A stretch of 64,000 nt of DNA, taken from the NCBI GenBank assembly GCA_043228905.1, contig JBHGNT010000007.1, positions 5,952,001 through 6,016,000 of the forward strand, in the 5' to 3' direction. The stretch is from Azolla caroliniana (lineage: Eukaryota > Plantae > Polypodiophyta). The notes under the pieces were generated by a model. It was not told where the DNA came from and did not search any database. It was given only the letters and a program-made list of their open reading frames with translations. Every line of letters starts with the position of its first letter. The first letter of the stretch is position 1. Of this stretch, positions 24,504 through 37,171 are shown piece after piece. A program made the position numbers and the translations under genes.

Positions 24504-27500
24504 GGACCCGGAACACAAGGGATTCATAAAGAACCCAAGATTGGCCTTCCCATGAAGTTCGATGGAACGCGATCGCAGTTTAGAGGGTTCCTTAACCAGG
24601 TACGATTAGTTATTCAAATGCATCCTTCCCGATATCCCACCGATGCATCACGAGTGGGTTTAGTAGGCACTTTGTTAAGTGGCTCAGCGTTGTCATGGTT
24701 CGCTCCACTATTAGAAAAGGAATCTCCGTTACTCAACAATTTTGAAGAGTTTCTAGGTGAGTTTAAAGCATGTTTCGGAGATACTGACAGCATCAGGATC
24801 GCAATCAACAAAATCCGGCGATTACGCCAAGGTGACCGTCCAGCCTCCGCATACGCTGCAGATTTTTGCCTACTCGCCGCCGATATCCCTTGGGATGATC
24901 AAGCGTTGATGGAGCAATTCCGTTATGGTTTACGCAACGACGTCAAGGACTTACTCTTGACCTTCCCCGAAGAGCCAAAGTCCTTAACAGAAGCAATCAG
25001 TCGCGTGGTGAGATGTGACAACCGCCTCTTTGAGCGACGTTCGGAACGACAGCTACAGATGCCGAGGGCAAGATCAGAACCCACCTACGCCTCAGTGGTA
25101 GCAAGACCTTTTCCGAGGGAGTCATATAATGCGCCTTTAGCGAATACTCCGACTCCGATGGAGATTGACACTACACGTCGTCGAGGGCCATTATCCGAAG
25201 AAGAAAAGCAGCGACGCCGTACAAATTGACTATGTCTTTACTGCGGTGGACCAGGACATATCACAATAAATTGCCCCCATAGGCCAAGAAGACAGGTAAA
25301 CCAAATAGTCGCTAGTTCTAATTGTACTAAACCCGAGCCTATTTCAGTAGGGATATCTGATAGTCCTAATAGTACTAATATCCTAGATCTAGCAAACAAA
25401 TTTGATGTCCTTAGTTAGTTAGAAGAAGAGTTAAACGACTAAGTCCAGCCAAAATAGGAGCCGTTTGGTTGGACAGCCCTAGATCTGTGCAACCCATTAG
25501 TGGTTCCATTCCCTCTAAGCAAGTTAGTGATGTGTTCGTAGCCCAAGTAATAGTTAGTACTAAAAGTACCCCTCCAGTACATGTCCTAACACTCCTAGAT
25601 TCTGGAGCTAACTCTTGCTTTATGGATAAGAAATTTGCTCAAGCTCATAAGATATCCCTAAGAAAACTCCAGTGTCCAGCCTCTGTAGTAGTCATTGATG
25701 GACGTCCCATTGCTTCCGGAAATGTCATAGAAGAGTCAGAGCCCATTAATATTGTCCTAGATAACTTAACATGTGTAGTATCATTTAATATTATTAGTAT
25801 CCCAGAACATCCTATAGTTTTAGGATTACCGTGGTTCGAGTTACATAACCCAGACATAGATTGGAGAACAAGAGAAATCTAGTGTCGACAAACCCAAGGG
25901 TCAACTCAGAAGATGGCAACCATTTCGTTACGTCAGTTGCATAAAGAAGGGCGCAAGGAGGAAATGTTCCTCTTTGCAATATCAGTAAACCCCTCCAGCA
26001 CCACTAAAGAAGAATCCACCGTTCAACTTCCCGAGAAGAATCGTCATTACACCGATGTGTTCGATAAAGTACAAGCCAACACACTTCCTCATCAATGACC
26101 GTACGATTGCCCCATCGATTTACAACCGGGACCGATCTACAATTTGTCACCAACTGAGCTGGAAGTCCTTCGGGCCTATATAGAGGAGAATTTGGAAAAT
26201 GGTTTCATTCGGCATTCGAAATCTCGAGCCGGCGCACCCATTTTCTTCGTCAAGAAAAAAGATGGATCGCTTCGTCTCGTTGTAGATTACCGTGGCTTGA
26301 ATAAGGTTACAATCAGGAATAGGTATGCTCTTCCCCTTATCTCAAGTCTTTTAGAACGAATCAATGGTGCCAGGTTCTTCACGAAGATCGACTTACGGGG
26401 AGCATATAACCTCGTACGGATCCCACCAGGAGACGAATGGAAGACCGCGTTTCGCACCAGATATGGGCACTTCGAGTATATGGTCATGCCGTTCGGCCTC
26501 ACTAATGCGCCGACAGTCTTCCAGCACATGGCTAATGATATATTCCGAGATCTATTGGATGATTGTTTGATCATCTATTTGGATGATCTACTGGTTTATT
26601 CAAAGACCCAAGAAGAACATGATTCTCATGTACTATTAGTACTAAAACGATTTCGAGAACATGGTCTGTATGCAAAGCTGGAAAAATGTAGTTTCGGTTG
26701 CAACCAAGTGGAATTTCTCGGCTACATCATTTCGTCAGAAGGCATCTCCATGGACCCAGCTAAGGTCAAAACGGTGGTGGAATGGCAGACTCCGCGTTTG
26801 GTGCGGGATGTGCAATGCTTCTTAATAGGCTTTGCTAATTTTTACCGGAAGTTCATACAAGATTACTCAAAGATCGTTCTACCTCTCACACAACTTACCA
26901 GGAAGGGACAACCGTTCATCTGGTCTGAAGAAACGGACATGGCTTTCGAGAGTCTTAAAAAGGCATTTACATCGGCTCCAATTCTAGCTCATGTCGATCC
27001 GGAAAAACCATTCATTATCGAAGCTGACACATGCATTGGGGAGCATTCTGTCACAACAGGGGAATGATGAGAAGCTACATCCTGTGGCTTTTCACTCACG
27101 CAAGTTTGACGCCGCCGAAATCAACTACGAAATTCATGATAAGGAGCTATTGGCAATAGTGGATTCTTTTATGCAATGGAGGCATTTTCTGGAGGGATCC
27201 TCTCATCCAGTCACTGTATTTAGTGACCAAAAGAATCTTGCCTACTTTCAGGATGCTCGTGTGTTGAATCGACGTCAAGCTCGGTGGGCCCACTTCCTCA
27301 CGCGTTTCGACTTCAAAATTACATATCGTCCGGAGAGGCACCAAGGGAAGGCAGATGCCTTATCACGACGTTCGTATCTAGCACCCCGTCCCGGCGAGCC
27401 AGCTTTCGATAACCAAAAACAAGTCATCTTGGGACCGGCACGACTACAAGCAACACAGATCTTTGACATGCCTATGGATTCCCGCGTTATCGATACCATA

Positions 27501-28489
27501 CGTGAAGACTTGAAGACAGATGCGTTCGCCCAAGCTATACTAGCACAAATTGATCCCTCTGGAGCGTCGTGTTCACAGTCGCAACCACCAGGTACGGACT
27601 ATCGGCAATTCAAATACCATGATGGATTAGTCTTCTTTAAAGAACTTTTGTATGTTCCTAATGGTTCTTGCCGCCTTCGAGTAGTACAAAACTGTCATGA
27701 CACATATACAGCTGGGCATTTTGGTAGTACTAAAACATTACATTTAGTACAACGAACATTCTGGTGGCCCTGTATGCGACAATTTGTCGAGGATTTTGTT
27801 CGGACTTGTGATACATGATGCAGAGCGAAAATGCCAAGGCATCATCCATATGGTTTATTAGAACCATTACCAATTCCAAGCAAGCCGTGGCAATCCATTG
27901 CTCTAGACTTCATCATAGATCTTCCAGTCTCTAAGGGGTTCAATGCGATTCTAACGGTGGTCGATCGATATACGAAGATGGCTCATTTCTTGCCATGTAC
28001 TAAGGAGATCTCCAGTGAAGACACTGCCGAAATTGTCATGCGTGAAGTATGTCGGCATCATGGACTTCCCGATAGTATCATCAACGACCGTGGACCCCAG
28101 TTCGTGTCAAAATTCTGGAAGCACCTTTTTAACATGCTCAAGGTCACTTGTAACCTCTCCTCTCGCTACCACCCACAAACCGACGGCCAAGCTGAACGAA
28201 CAAATCAAACGCTGGAGCAGTATCTGCGATGCTTTCTCAGCTATCATCAAGATGACTGGGCAGATATTCTCCACTTCGCCGAATTTGCCTATAACAACTC
28301 TATCCACGCATCCACTAAAGTTACGCCATTTTATGCTTATACGGGATGTCACCCCCGGTGGAGTGTACTTGAAACCCCAGGGGTGTCCACAAATCCGTGC
28401 GCGGAGGATCATTTGGAGTAGTTACGCAAGATACAAGCGGATTTATCTACTCATCTCCAGCAAGCTCAACAAACACACAAGGTCTACGC
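24504..28489 (+). pseudogene. Gypsy gag/pol coding region (gag, protease, RT, RNase H, integrase)
   Basis: ORFs 24357-25229, 25469-25882, 26144-27067, 26991-27818 and 27831-28421 carry recognisable Gypsy domains. Confidence 0.92.
25430..25474 (+). promoter_or_regulatory. Programmed -1 ribosomal frameshift signal at the gag-pol junction
   Basis: G_TTA_AAC is in the gag frame just before the gag TAA (25440-25442), followed by the stem gtccagccaaa/tttggttggac. The protease ORF is in the -1 frame. Confidence 0.75.
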
Positions 28490-29590
28490 TGTCGTGAAGT
28501 ACGAAAGCTTCACATTAAAAGTCTACAATAAGATAAATACGTAACTAAAATAACATTTGATAATGTTTTATATAATATTAACAACACATATGATAATATT
28601 ATATATATGTAAAGAAAAATAATATATATATATATATAGATAAATATATTATATTACACGAACAAGAGAGGACTTGAACCAATAACCCCACCCTATGACT
28701 CTCAAATCTTACCATTTACTCTATACTAGTAATATACATAAAATAAAGCATACTTTATATATACTTTATATTTACATAAAGGATTTGCTTCATGATATAA
28801 AAATAAAGTTGTATGTTGTATTCAATAGCATTTTGAGACTCGAACCCACAACCTCATACACCAAAGTTGACACACCTACCATTAGGATAGGCCCTTTCTC
28901 TTTAAGATTATGTTTTCATGTTTATTGTTATTGCATATATTGTTTCATACATAAAAGCTCAAATGAGCGAGATGTTTATCATGCATCACAGGTAATGCAT
29001 GAACGCCAAATGGCGATCATGCATCACATGCATTTCATGCACTACATGCATGATTTGTACCCTCCAATGCATCATATGCATGGGGGCACCTATTTAAATG
29101 GTGAAAGAGAAGATCAAAGGGGAGATATGTATGAGATATCAATCAAATTATGTATTACATAAGAGATACCATAAAATAGAGAAAGAGAGGAAGAAGTTCA
29201 AGAGAAAGGTGGAGCTCTAGCTTGGCGGTCGTGGTGGTCAACTCTCAACAAGAGGGAGGCGGTTCGAGCCTTATCTTCATTAAAATATTGAAGTGAAGAT
29301 TGTAGTGGTCTACGATCAAGAAAGAGAAGAGCGATTACCTTGCAAGACAAAGTTCGGAGGTTCAACGACGTGAACAACCACTTTTGTAACTCTTTCATCA
29401 AATAATTATAAATCTCTTTTATTGCTTCAAATATCATTCTATATCCTAACTTGTCATATCTTGTTGATCACTATTTATCTATCTCTACTCTTTCGTCTCT
29501 TCCGTCCATAATCCCAGTGATTCCTTCCTCACTTTCACGATATCTTTTGTCTACGCAACGCTACGCTTCTAGGCGAGCCACGCCACGACA
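28490..29590 (+). mobile_element. 1.1-kb TG..CA insertion (probable solo LTR of another family) in the Gypsy integrase
   Basis: Termini TGTCGTG..CACGACA; 4-bp TSD ACGC; removal restores the integrase frame VYADRHR; TATA-like ctatttaaa at ~29090. Confidence 0.85.
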
Positions 29591-30100
29591 ACGCGGATCG
29601 TCATCGACTTCCATCCAGTTTTAATATTGGAGATCGGGTGTGGCTGCTACGACGACACATCAAGACTACTCGTTCATGTGAGAAGTTAGATTATCGGCGA
29701 TTAGGTCCTTTCCGTATTATTGGACAGATTAATGATGTCGCTTTTCGTCTCGATCTACCTCCTCAACTTCGGATACATCCGGTGTTTCATAGTTCTCTCC
29801 TCGAACCCTACCACGAGAGCACCATCCTAGGACGTCTTATCCAACCTCCACCCCCGATTGAGCTTGAAGATGGGCCGGAGTACGAGGTTGCCGCCATCCT
29901 TGATTTCAAGATTGTTCACAACAAGCTCTACTATCTAGTCGATTGGCTAGGCTATAGCCCCAGCGAACGTACTTGGGAACCGATCGAGAATGTGACCAAT
30001 GCTCGTGCTCTTCTTGAAGACTTCCATCGTCAATATCCACACAAACCAGGTCCTCAATCCAAGACGACTCGTGACACTCGTCGTTTTAAAGGGGGGATAG
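29591..30100 (+). pseudogene. Gypsy integrase C-terminus plus chromodomain
   Basis: KLDYRRLGPFRI..RIHPVFHSSLL..EYEVAAILDFKIVHNKLYYLVDWLGYSPSERTWEP. Confidence 0.92.
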
Positions 30101-30392
30101 TGTCATGATATGGCAAGACTCGAACCCATGACCTTAGGTTATATGGGTCGAGCTCTTGACCATTAGATCATCTATTGTAATACGTTATTTTCATTTACAT
30201 TTTATTATAGGAAATAAGTGTATATTCCAGATTTCTCTGGAACATTCTAGAAGCTTCAGGATTACTCCTAAAAACACTATAAAAGAGGGCACTAGGCATT
30301 ATATTGAACCAAATTGGTTCAACGCCAGTCGTAAGCCTTTTAGCCACCATTGTATATTTTCTTCATATAATACATATCTTTCTTATCATCAC

Positions 30393-30436
<44 letters not shown>

Positions 30437-30541
30437 CGTCTCGCTCACTTCTTCCTTCTCTCGAAGAAGTTCCACACCTCTCATAGTACTAATCCTTCGT
30501 TTAGTACTAATTCCTTCTGTGTCTCAGTACTGTTCCTGACA
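30101..30541 (+). repeat. Gypsy 3' LTR
   Basis: tgtcatgatatggc...tgttcctgaca, directly after the PPT. Confidence 0.95.
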
Positions 30542-31280
30542 GAGATAGAGTATGAGTACCACTTTACATGCAAGTGTCCAATTTACGCTGAGATAAGGGC
30601 AAAATACCGAGACATACTTAGTTCCTCTCCCACCCTCCCCAAACTATTAGATACTTTAGATATAAAGAAATTAGGCAGATATATCCTTGAACTAAAACAA
30701 CACACAGAGAATAAGCTACAAAATGTTGACAATAATGTTTCTAATGTTCGCCAACATGTAACAAATAAAGTTTTTCAGGGACAAGGGGAGACAACGAATG
30801 TTGTCACACTTGCACCACTCGGCCTCTTCCTTGATGAAACAGAAAACCAAAGAAGAACCAAACACCCTCGGATGATGGGTTTCAAAGCAACTCGACGTGG
30901 TGTAGAAGCAATTAAAAAAATAAGGGGAACCTACGCTACACTACCTAGAAGCCATGGCTGGGGCACTCTCTACACCGGGACCACGGGTCACACCCACACC
31001 GAAACCCTTTGACCTCCCACTTCTTTTTGAGAGGCTTGGGTGGAAATGAAATTAGGCTTCGTGCAAAGTCATTTCCTTTATCGAATGTGTATAGTGTTAC
31101 ACCATACCATGTTTTGTACAATACTAGAACTCTTTTATCTTAAGTTCTATTTTTATTTTATTTTATTTGTTTTGATGATTGGATAAACACCCCATTTTGT
31201 TGTACACCAATTGTCTCATGGGCCAAATTTGGACTTAGAAGACATTAATATATCTTTCTTTCTTTCTTTCTTTCTATATC

Positions 31281-31748
31281 TGTAAAGAATCAGATATGAT
31301 TCTTGTGCAACGGAAGAGATGTGTGTTATGTGTATGTGTGAGAGGAAAGAGAGGAGAGAAGAGAAAGCATAAGATAGATTAGATAGAATGGAAAATAGAA
31401 TACTCAAGAAGAAGGTGTATATTCACAAGGAGAATATGAGATACAAATATGTAGGATTACAAGGAGCCACAACCGACTTAGTATTAACTATGAGGAGGGT
31501 GCTTTATATAGAGTCACCCCCTCTCTTCATTAACTTACAACAACCACTCTCTCTCTTGGGGAATGTGAAGACTCATAGTCATGGGGAATATGTAACTCAT
31601 TAGTTATGTGTCATAAAATATGATTCTATATTTTATGACACATAGTTAATGTGTAGAGAGTAGTGGTGTGACTCTTGACCTTTGAGTAATCATGGATTCT
31701 AAAAAGGCGTGTTCACATGTTGCACTATGTTGAGCTTGATTCTCAACA
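31281..31748 (-). mobile_element. Solo LTR of a Copia-like family
   Basis: Minus strand starts tgttgagaatcaagctcaacat and ends tctttaca, like the Copia LTR at 18724; perfect 5-bp TSD ATATC on both sides. Confidence 0.85.
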
Positions 31749-31905
31749 ATATCGTTTTACTGTAATTAGTTTACCCTAGGGGTAAGTTATTATACTACTA
31801 GCATTACATATTAGGTTCGAAACCCAATTTTCTCACCTCTCTATTACTCCATAGATATCTCTTATTTCACTAGATGCCACTGAGGAATGTAGGGGTTGAA
31901 CCCAT

Positions 31906-31906
<1 letters not shown>

Positions 31907-31956
<50 letters not shown>
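31907..31956. repeat. (CT)n microsatellite
   Basis: Direct inspection. Confidence 0.95.
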
Positions 31957-31961
<5 letters not shown>

Positions 31962-33449
31962 TAATGACTTAATGAGCTCAAAGACACACTTAATTACCGA
32001 CTTAATTCATTAAACTAAAAAACCAACAAAATTAACCACCAAGGTATTGAAAAGTTGAAAAATTGAAGAGGAAAGCTTGACACAATAGATTTGTTCAGAA
32101 GATTTTTATCATGGATCAACATCTATTACATTATTGATTACATTAATCTTGCAATCAAATTCTTACCCTATTAAGCTTAGATGCATTCTTTTCTATGAGT
32201 TTTTTTTTTTTGGTTGAGACCGTTATATCTTTGGAATTGCTAATTTGGGGGAATTTACCACACATCTAGTTTGAAAAGAATTTAGATGGGCAGAGAATGA
32301 GAAGGGTGCACATGTCGCATGCCAACTCAAATATTTGCCTCCATATCTTTCTCTTGTTCATTGCCCTTATGTAATTGGAAATAATTTCTCCTTGTATGAG
32401 TTCCATTTTATGCAAATCTATTTGTACTTGAGGGTTTGTTTATATATGTAATTGTTTTCCCTACTAGTTTCACTTTGTATTCGGTTCCTTTTCCTTATGT
32501 ATTAGAAACTAATCTTTCCTTGTATGATTTTTTTTATTCAAAAGTATTGGTAACCAAGGTTTTATATAACCATTTTTCCTACTACCTTTCATTGAGTTTC
32601 TTTTTCCAAATGTAGTTGAAATTTACCTTCTCCATTTGATTCAAATCTATTTGTAGTGATAGGTTTATATAGCCTCAATCCTTATTATTTCCACCTTGTA
32701 TTGAGATACTTTAATGAGTTGTGTCATTTAAGTCACGGTTTTATGTCACCAAGTGTATGATTTGATATCCTATTCTCCCCTTGAAGTCTATTTGCATTGG
32801 TAGCCAAACAAGTCCATGTTGGTGTACCTATAATGGCATACCCTACAAACTTGTCAAGGCCTCAAGTGTATTCTTTAGCTAACCCTAAATTACGTTGTGC
32901 AATGGAAGAACTTCATGGTGGAATTGTTGACTTAGCACTAGAATCTAATGTCAAATGCAAGGGACGATACATTGCCAATGACAAATTGTTGAGGTGAAGT
33001 GACAACACTTATTCATCCCCAGTGTCAAATCACTAGCAATGAAGTGTTTCTCACAATCTCTAGCAATGAGAGCTCATTTGGTATGAGCACAACCATAAAT
33101 TTTCTGACATTCCTAGTGATGAGCACATGCCAATACATTGGAAAGTCAACCATTCCATGATAAACTTTTCGCCAAAAAGAATGTAAAACAAACTTGAACC
33201 AATTTCCTTGGTTGATATATTCACACTCGTCAATTAAGAGAAAGGAATGCACATATGTTGAAAGCTAATTCAAGAGATTTTTTTTGCCAAATCTACAAAA
33301 CGATCACTAACACAATTATCCGCATGTATAAAGGGTCATGCATTAGACAAATAATTGGACAAAAGCTTTGTGAAATCCATCCTACGGGAAGTTTTCAAGT
33401 TCTCTTATTCCTTGTTGTTTGAGTTGTTTTAAGTTATGTAGATTTCACC

Positions 33450-35806
33450 TTCCAATTTCATCATGACAAGGTGGAAAGATGTTCTCTTGAAACAAAAACA
33501 CCAAAGATCACGCAAAGGCATTCTAATACCATGGAAGTGTTAGATGCAAAGTAGCAATATGAAATTGAAAAAAGAAAGAATAATATTGTTACTAGAGGTA
33601 TGCAAGAGAATTAAACAAAGAATGCATTATCTCTTAGAGAGAATATTACGAAATTCTTTGAAGATGACTTTGTTATGCAAGATGTTGTGGTATATGCCAC
33701 GCATAGGGTTGGCAAAAGGAAACTAGAGGGAAACTCATCTCGAACTATTGTTTGTACAATCCTAGATGAATGTAAAAGTGCTATCATTCTAGATCTTAAT
33801 AAGGTGTACTTAAAGGGACAAGTTTCTTTGTACAGAGGATAGAACTCCACAAGAGCAAGAATGTAGGAGGCAAACATATGCATCTAGGAAAGCAAATCCA
33901 AATGCATAGCAAGCAACGACCTATGGAACAATAAATACTTCAAGAAAGTAATGTTTTGGAATTGTAGAGGATATCCATGGAATAAGGGTTTAGGACTCAA
34001 TGATGTAGCTCAAGGTATAGATATTATATTTTTGGCTGAAACATGGGACCATGAGGCAAAACATATACCTACGATAGACGGTTACCTCATAAAATCAACA
34101 TGGCCTCACTCCAAAGGTAATATTGGGTGTGTTGATATACCATGTATCTACCATGAGAGCTTATATAATTCTATCAAAGTATGCAAATATGATGACTATA
34201 AGAGATACATATGGATAGGGGTTAATTTGGGGAAAGAGAAGCTCTACATAGTTGCATGTTACATTCCTCACAAAGACTCAAACTACTATGGTAGGTTTGG
34301 GTTAGATTCTGATGATCCTTTTACAGAATTATGCCATGATATACTTTCATTTGAGAAGCTTGGTAAAGTGTTAATTATGGGAGACTCCAATGTAAGAGTT
34401 GGAAAATTCCAAAATGTGGAGACATTGGAAGAAGATATAGTAGAAAGTTGTTTATTGCATGACTCAGAGGATTGTGTCATGTTAGATTATGGAAAACTTT
34501 TGATACATATGCTTAATTGCACAAACTTGATTATCTTAAATGGTATAAAGGCATTCCCCTTGACAAATGTACTCACATGTTTACCATCCTTGGGTGGGGT
34601 TTATTACGCATTAATGTCGGCATGTAATCTATCCTTGGTGAATGTGTTTAAAGTTGGTTCTCTATATCCGGACTCATACCACAAGCCATCGTACTTAGAG
34701 CTTGGAATTCCACATTTCATCAATCGATGTCATGGAGTGAAAGAGGAAAAGAGATGTATTATCTGACCTTGCTACAAAAAAGCTAAGATGTATGCAAATG
34801 AAGTGGAGAACCATTTGTTAATTTTTTCTATAAGCAGCGATGTTAAAGAAAATTGGCAACATTTGAAGGATATCATCCTTAAGTTTGGATATCAATACTT
34901 GAAGAGGCCTGTTGGTGGGCATAAGATGTCTAGTTTTCCTTGTAATTCTTGGTTTGATGATGAATGTAAGATGTATCTCAAATGGTTTCGGTCTATAGAA
35001 GGGGAAAATGAAAGGATTGTTGCATGGCACATATATAAGAAGGTCGTGTGGAGAAAGAAAAGAATATATCATTTCCAAATGCAAAAGATGAAAAAGAAAA
35101 ACTTGATGATGAATGTATGATGTATCTCAAATGGTTTCAGTCTACAGAAGGGGCAAATGAAAAGATTGTTGCATGGCACATATATAAGAAGTAGTGAGGA
35201 GAAAGAAAAGAAGATATAATTTCCAAACACAAAAGATGAAAAAGAAAAACTTGGTTAAGCTCAAACCAAAATTAGCATGGGGACAACTCAAGGGTAAGAA
35301 AGAAGATGTAAAAGGTCACATTACAAATGGAGACATGCTAGAATATGTACAAAGGCTATATATGCATGAAGGTGTGGCTCCTATGGTTGAGAACATTGAA
35401 ACACCATGCAATACATGTATATTGCTGATGTCAATAAGGGAATAAAGAAGATGGCGAGTGGGAAAACAACAAATGTAACCGTCATTTCAAGTGAGCTTTT
35501 AAAATGGACAAGGCCACATACTTGTCATTGGATAAATGACAATTATAGAGCAACTATAAAATAAGGCTTTCCAAATGATTGGCTTATGAATTGGATTAAA
35601 CCAATATGTAAAGCCAGAGATAAAAATCAAGTATCAAATTATCATACAATAATGGTGAGCTTAACTATTGCTAAATTATATAGCACTATTATGAAGCAAA
35701 AGATAAGCACATGGGCTGAAAGTACAAGCAAAAGAGCACTCCACCGTGGACCATTTGGTCACATTGAGAGTAATCACAGAAGAGAGTCGACTACAAGGAA
35801 AAACAT
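33450..35806 (+). mobile_element. Degenerate LINE (APE endonuclease plus start of RT region)
   Basis: MFWNCRG..DIIFLAETW..IVACYIP..VLIMGDSNVRVG; downstream WIKPICKARDKNQVSNYHTI; many disruptions. Confidence 0.8.
34954..35252. repeat. ~149 bp tandem duplication inside the LINE
   Basis: tgatgatgaatgta..gatgaaaaagaaaaact occurs twice. Confidence 0.85.
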
Positions 35807-36229
35807 TATTGAGATATCAAGCTCAATAGATTTAGATATTTTGTCAATTACGTAACTTAGTAGTTACATAAATAGAATCTAGTTAGTGTGTTGACCTTAA
35901 AGCCTTAAATAGGATTCTGTACTTGAGTGGGATACATTCTAGATCCTCCACTCACATGTTCATTTAATATAGAACTTATATATTTGTACCTATATTCTCC
36001 TCACACATGTGCACTCTTGCACATGAGATCTATATATACCTCATTGTGGGTACTTTTGTAACTTGATGATACTTATTAATATAGAGAGCTTGGTTATTTA
36101 ATTAGACTCTTGTTAATCATCCCCCATCTTGTCTTATTGTTCATAAGTGTTCTTTCTCTCTTCCTCACATACTCACACATATCACATAATCTTCCGCTAC
36201 TTAATCACATATGTGATTAACTACTGACA
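35807..36229 (+). mobile_element. Possible decayed Copia-like LTR
   Basis: Starts tattgagatatcaagctcaata, similar to the two Copia LTR 5' ends in this window; TATA-like ctatatata; no TSD found. Confidence 0.4.
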
Positions 36230-36609
36230 TAATTAGATAATAATTAACCCTTAATTAATTACCTAATTATTAATAAACTGTTTATTGTACTTGCCTTTCT
36301 CTTGAACATTCCACCATTTCATTCCAAAAGTTCCACAAGTATTTAATTATGGGATGGATGAACGACAAATATGTTAAACCAATTAGGGGATGCAAATTCC
36401 CAACTCTTGATAAAAATGTGAAATTTGCATGAGTCTATTGATGAAATAAACATATGGGAATAGAGTATACATTGTGGGAATTCAAATTTTTATCGTCCAT
36501 AAAGAGGCCAAATTTGACCTATGGGACTAGAGTATACATTGTGGGATTGTTCCTTTCTATTGATAAAATAAACATTAGAAAGGAACATCTGTATATAAAA
36601 GCAATATGA

Positions 36610-36790
36610 TAATATGTTACATCAATTTGGGGGCATTCAATGCTTCTTCTCTTGCAACCTTATTCACCACTTCTTCTAATTTATCAATACATAAGCCAAA
36701 GAGTGTGGGTGATAGTGGACATCCTTGCTCGACTCCCATGTTACTTAAAAAGTGCTTTCTAATTACTCAACACAAATTTGGCACAACCAT
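36610..36790 (-). mobile_element. LINE RT fragment
   Basis: Minus frame MGVEQGCPLSPTLFGLCIDKLEEVV contains the non-LTR RT QGxxLSP motif. Confidence 0.75.
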
Positions 36791-37171
36791 GATTGCTAGA
36801 AACAACAAAAGAGGCAATGCAGAATAAAAGAACAGAAAGAAAGATGAAAACTAGAGTATGTGCCAGCAAAAAGTTGTGGATTTTAAGATTTTGTTCTGTT
36901 TCACATTTGGAACTAGAAAATAGGAAAATGTGCCAGCAAATATGCTTCATCATCATATACAATGGCACACTTGTAATCTTCTTCTATCATGCATTCGAAT
37001 CACATGTGCCTTATTGTAAGTCTATTGCCTATACAGCTCATTTTTGAGAAACCTTTAACCAAGGAAGAATGAACTATACATAATCTCATGCCATATTTTC
37101 CTGTTCACAAGCTAATCCATAAAATTTACTCAACCATCGTACCCTAATTTCCCCTCATTAAACGTGCACTT

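Larger units (their letters stand above)
17997..30541 (+). mobile_element. Ty3/Gypsy chromovirus (Tcn1/Tf1-sushi-like), full-length but defective, with two nested insertions
   Basis: LTRs 17997-18436 and 30101-30541 (TG..CA; the 5' LTR ends TA). Flanks gagag/gagat; PPT aaaggggggatag at 30088-30100. gag (ATG 18511, resumes ~24504; PMEID, CxxCGxxGH knuckle), protease LLDSGA, RT YLDD, RNase H, integrase, chromodomain EYEVAAIL..YLVDWLGY..TWEP. Several stops and frameshifts. Confidence 0.95.

Noticed and set aside
28695-29162. 155-aa His/Met-rich ORF in the nested insert
   Set aside because: Low-complexity product of AT-rich DNA and catgca repeats.
32700-33260. Possible DNA transposase remnant
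   Set aside because: No diagnostic motif recognised.
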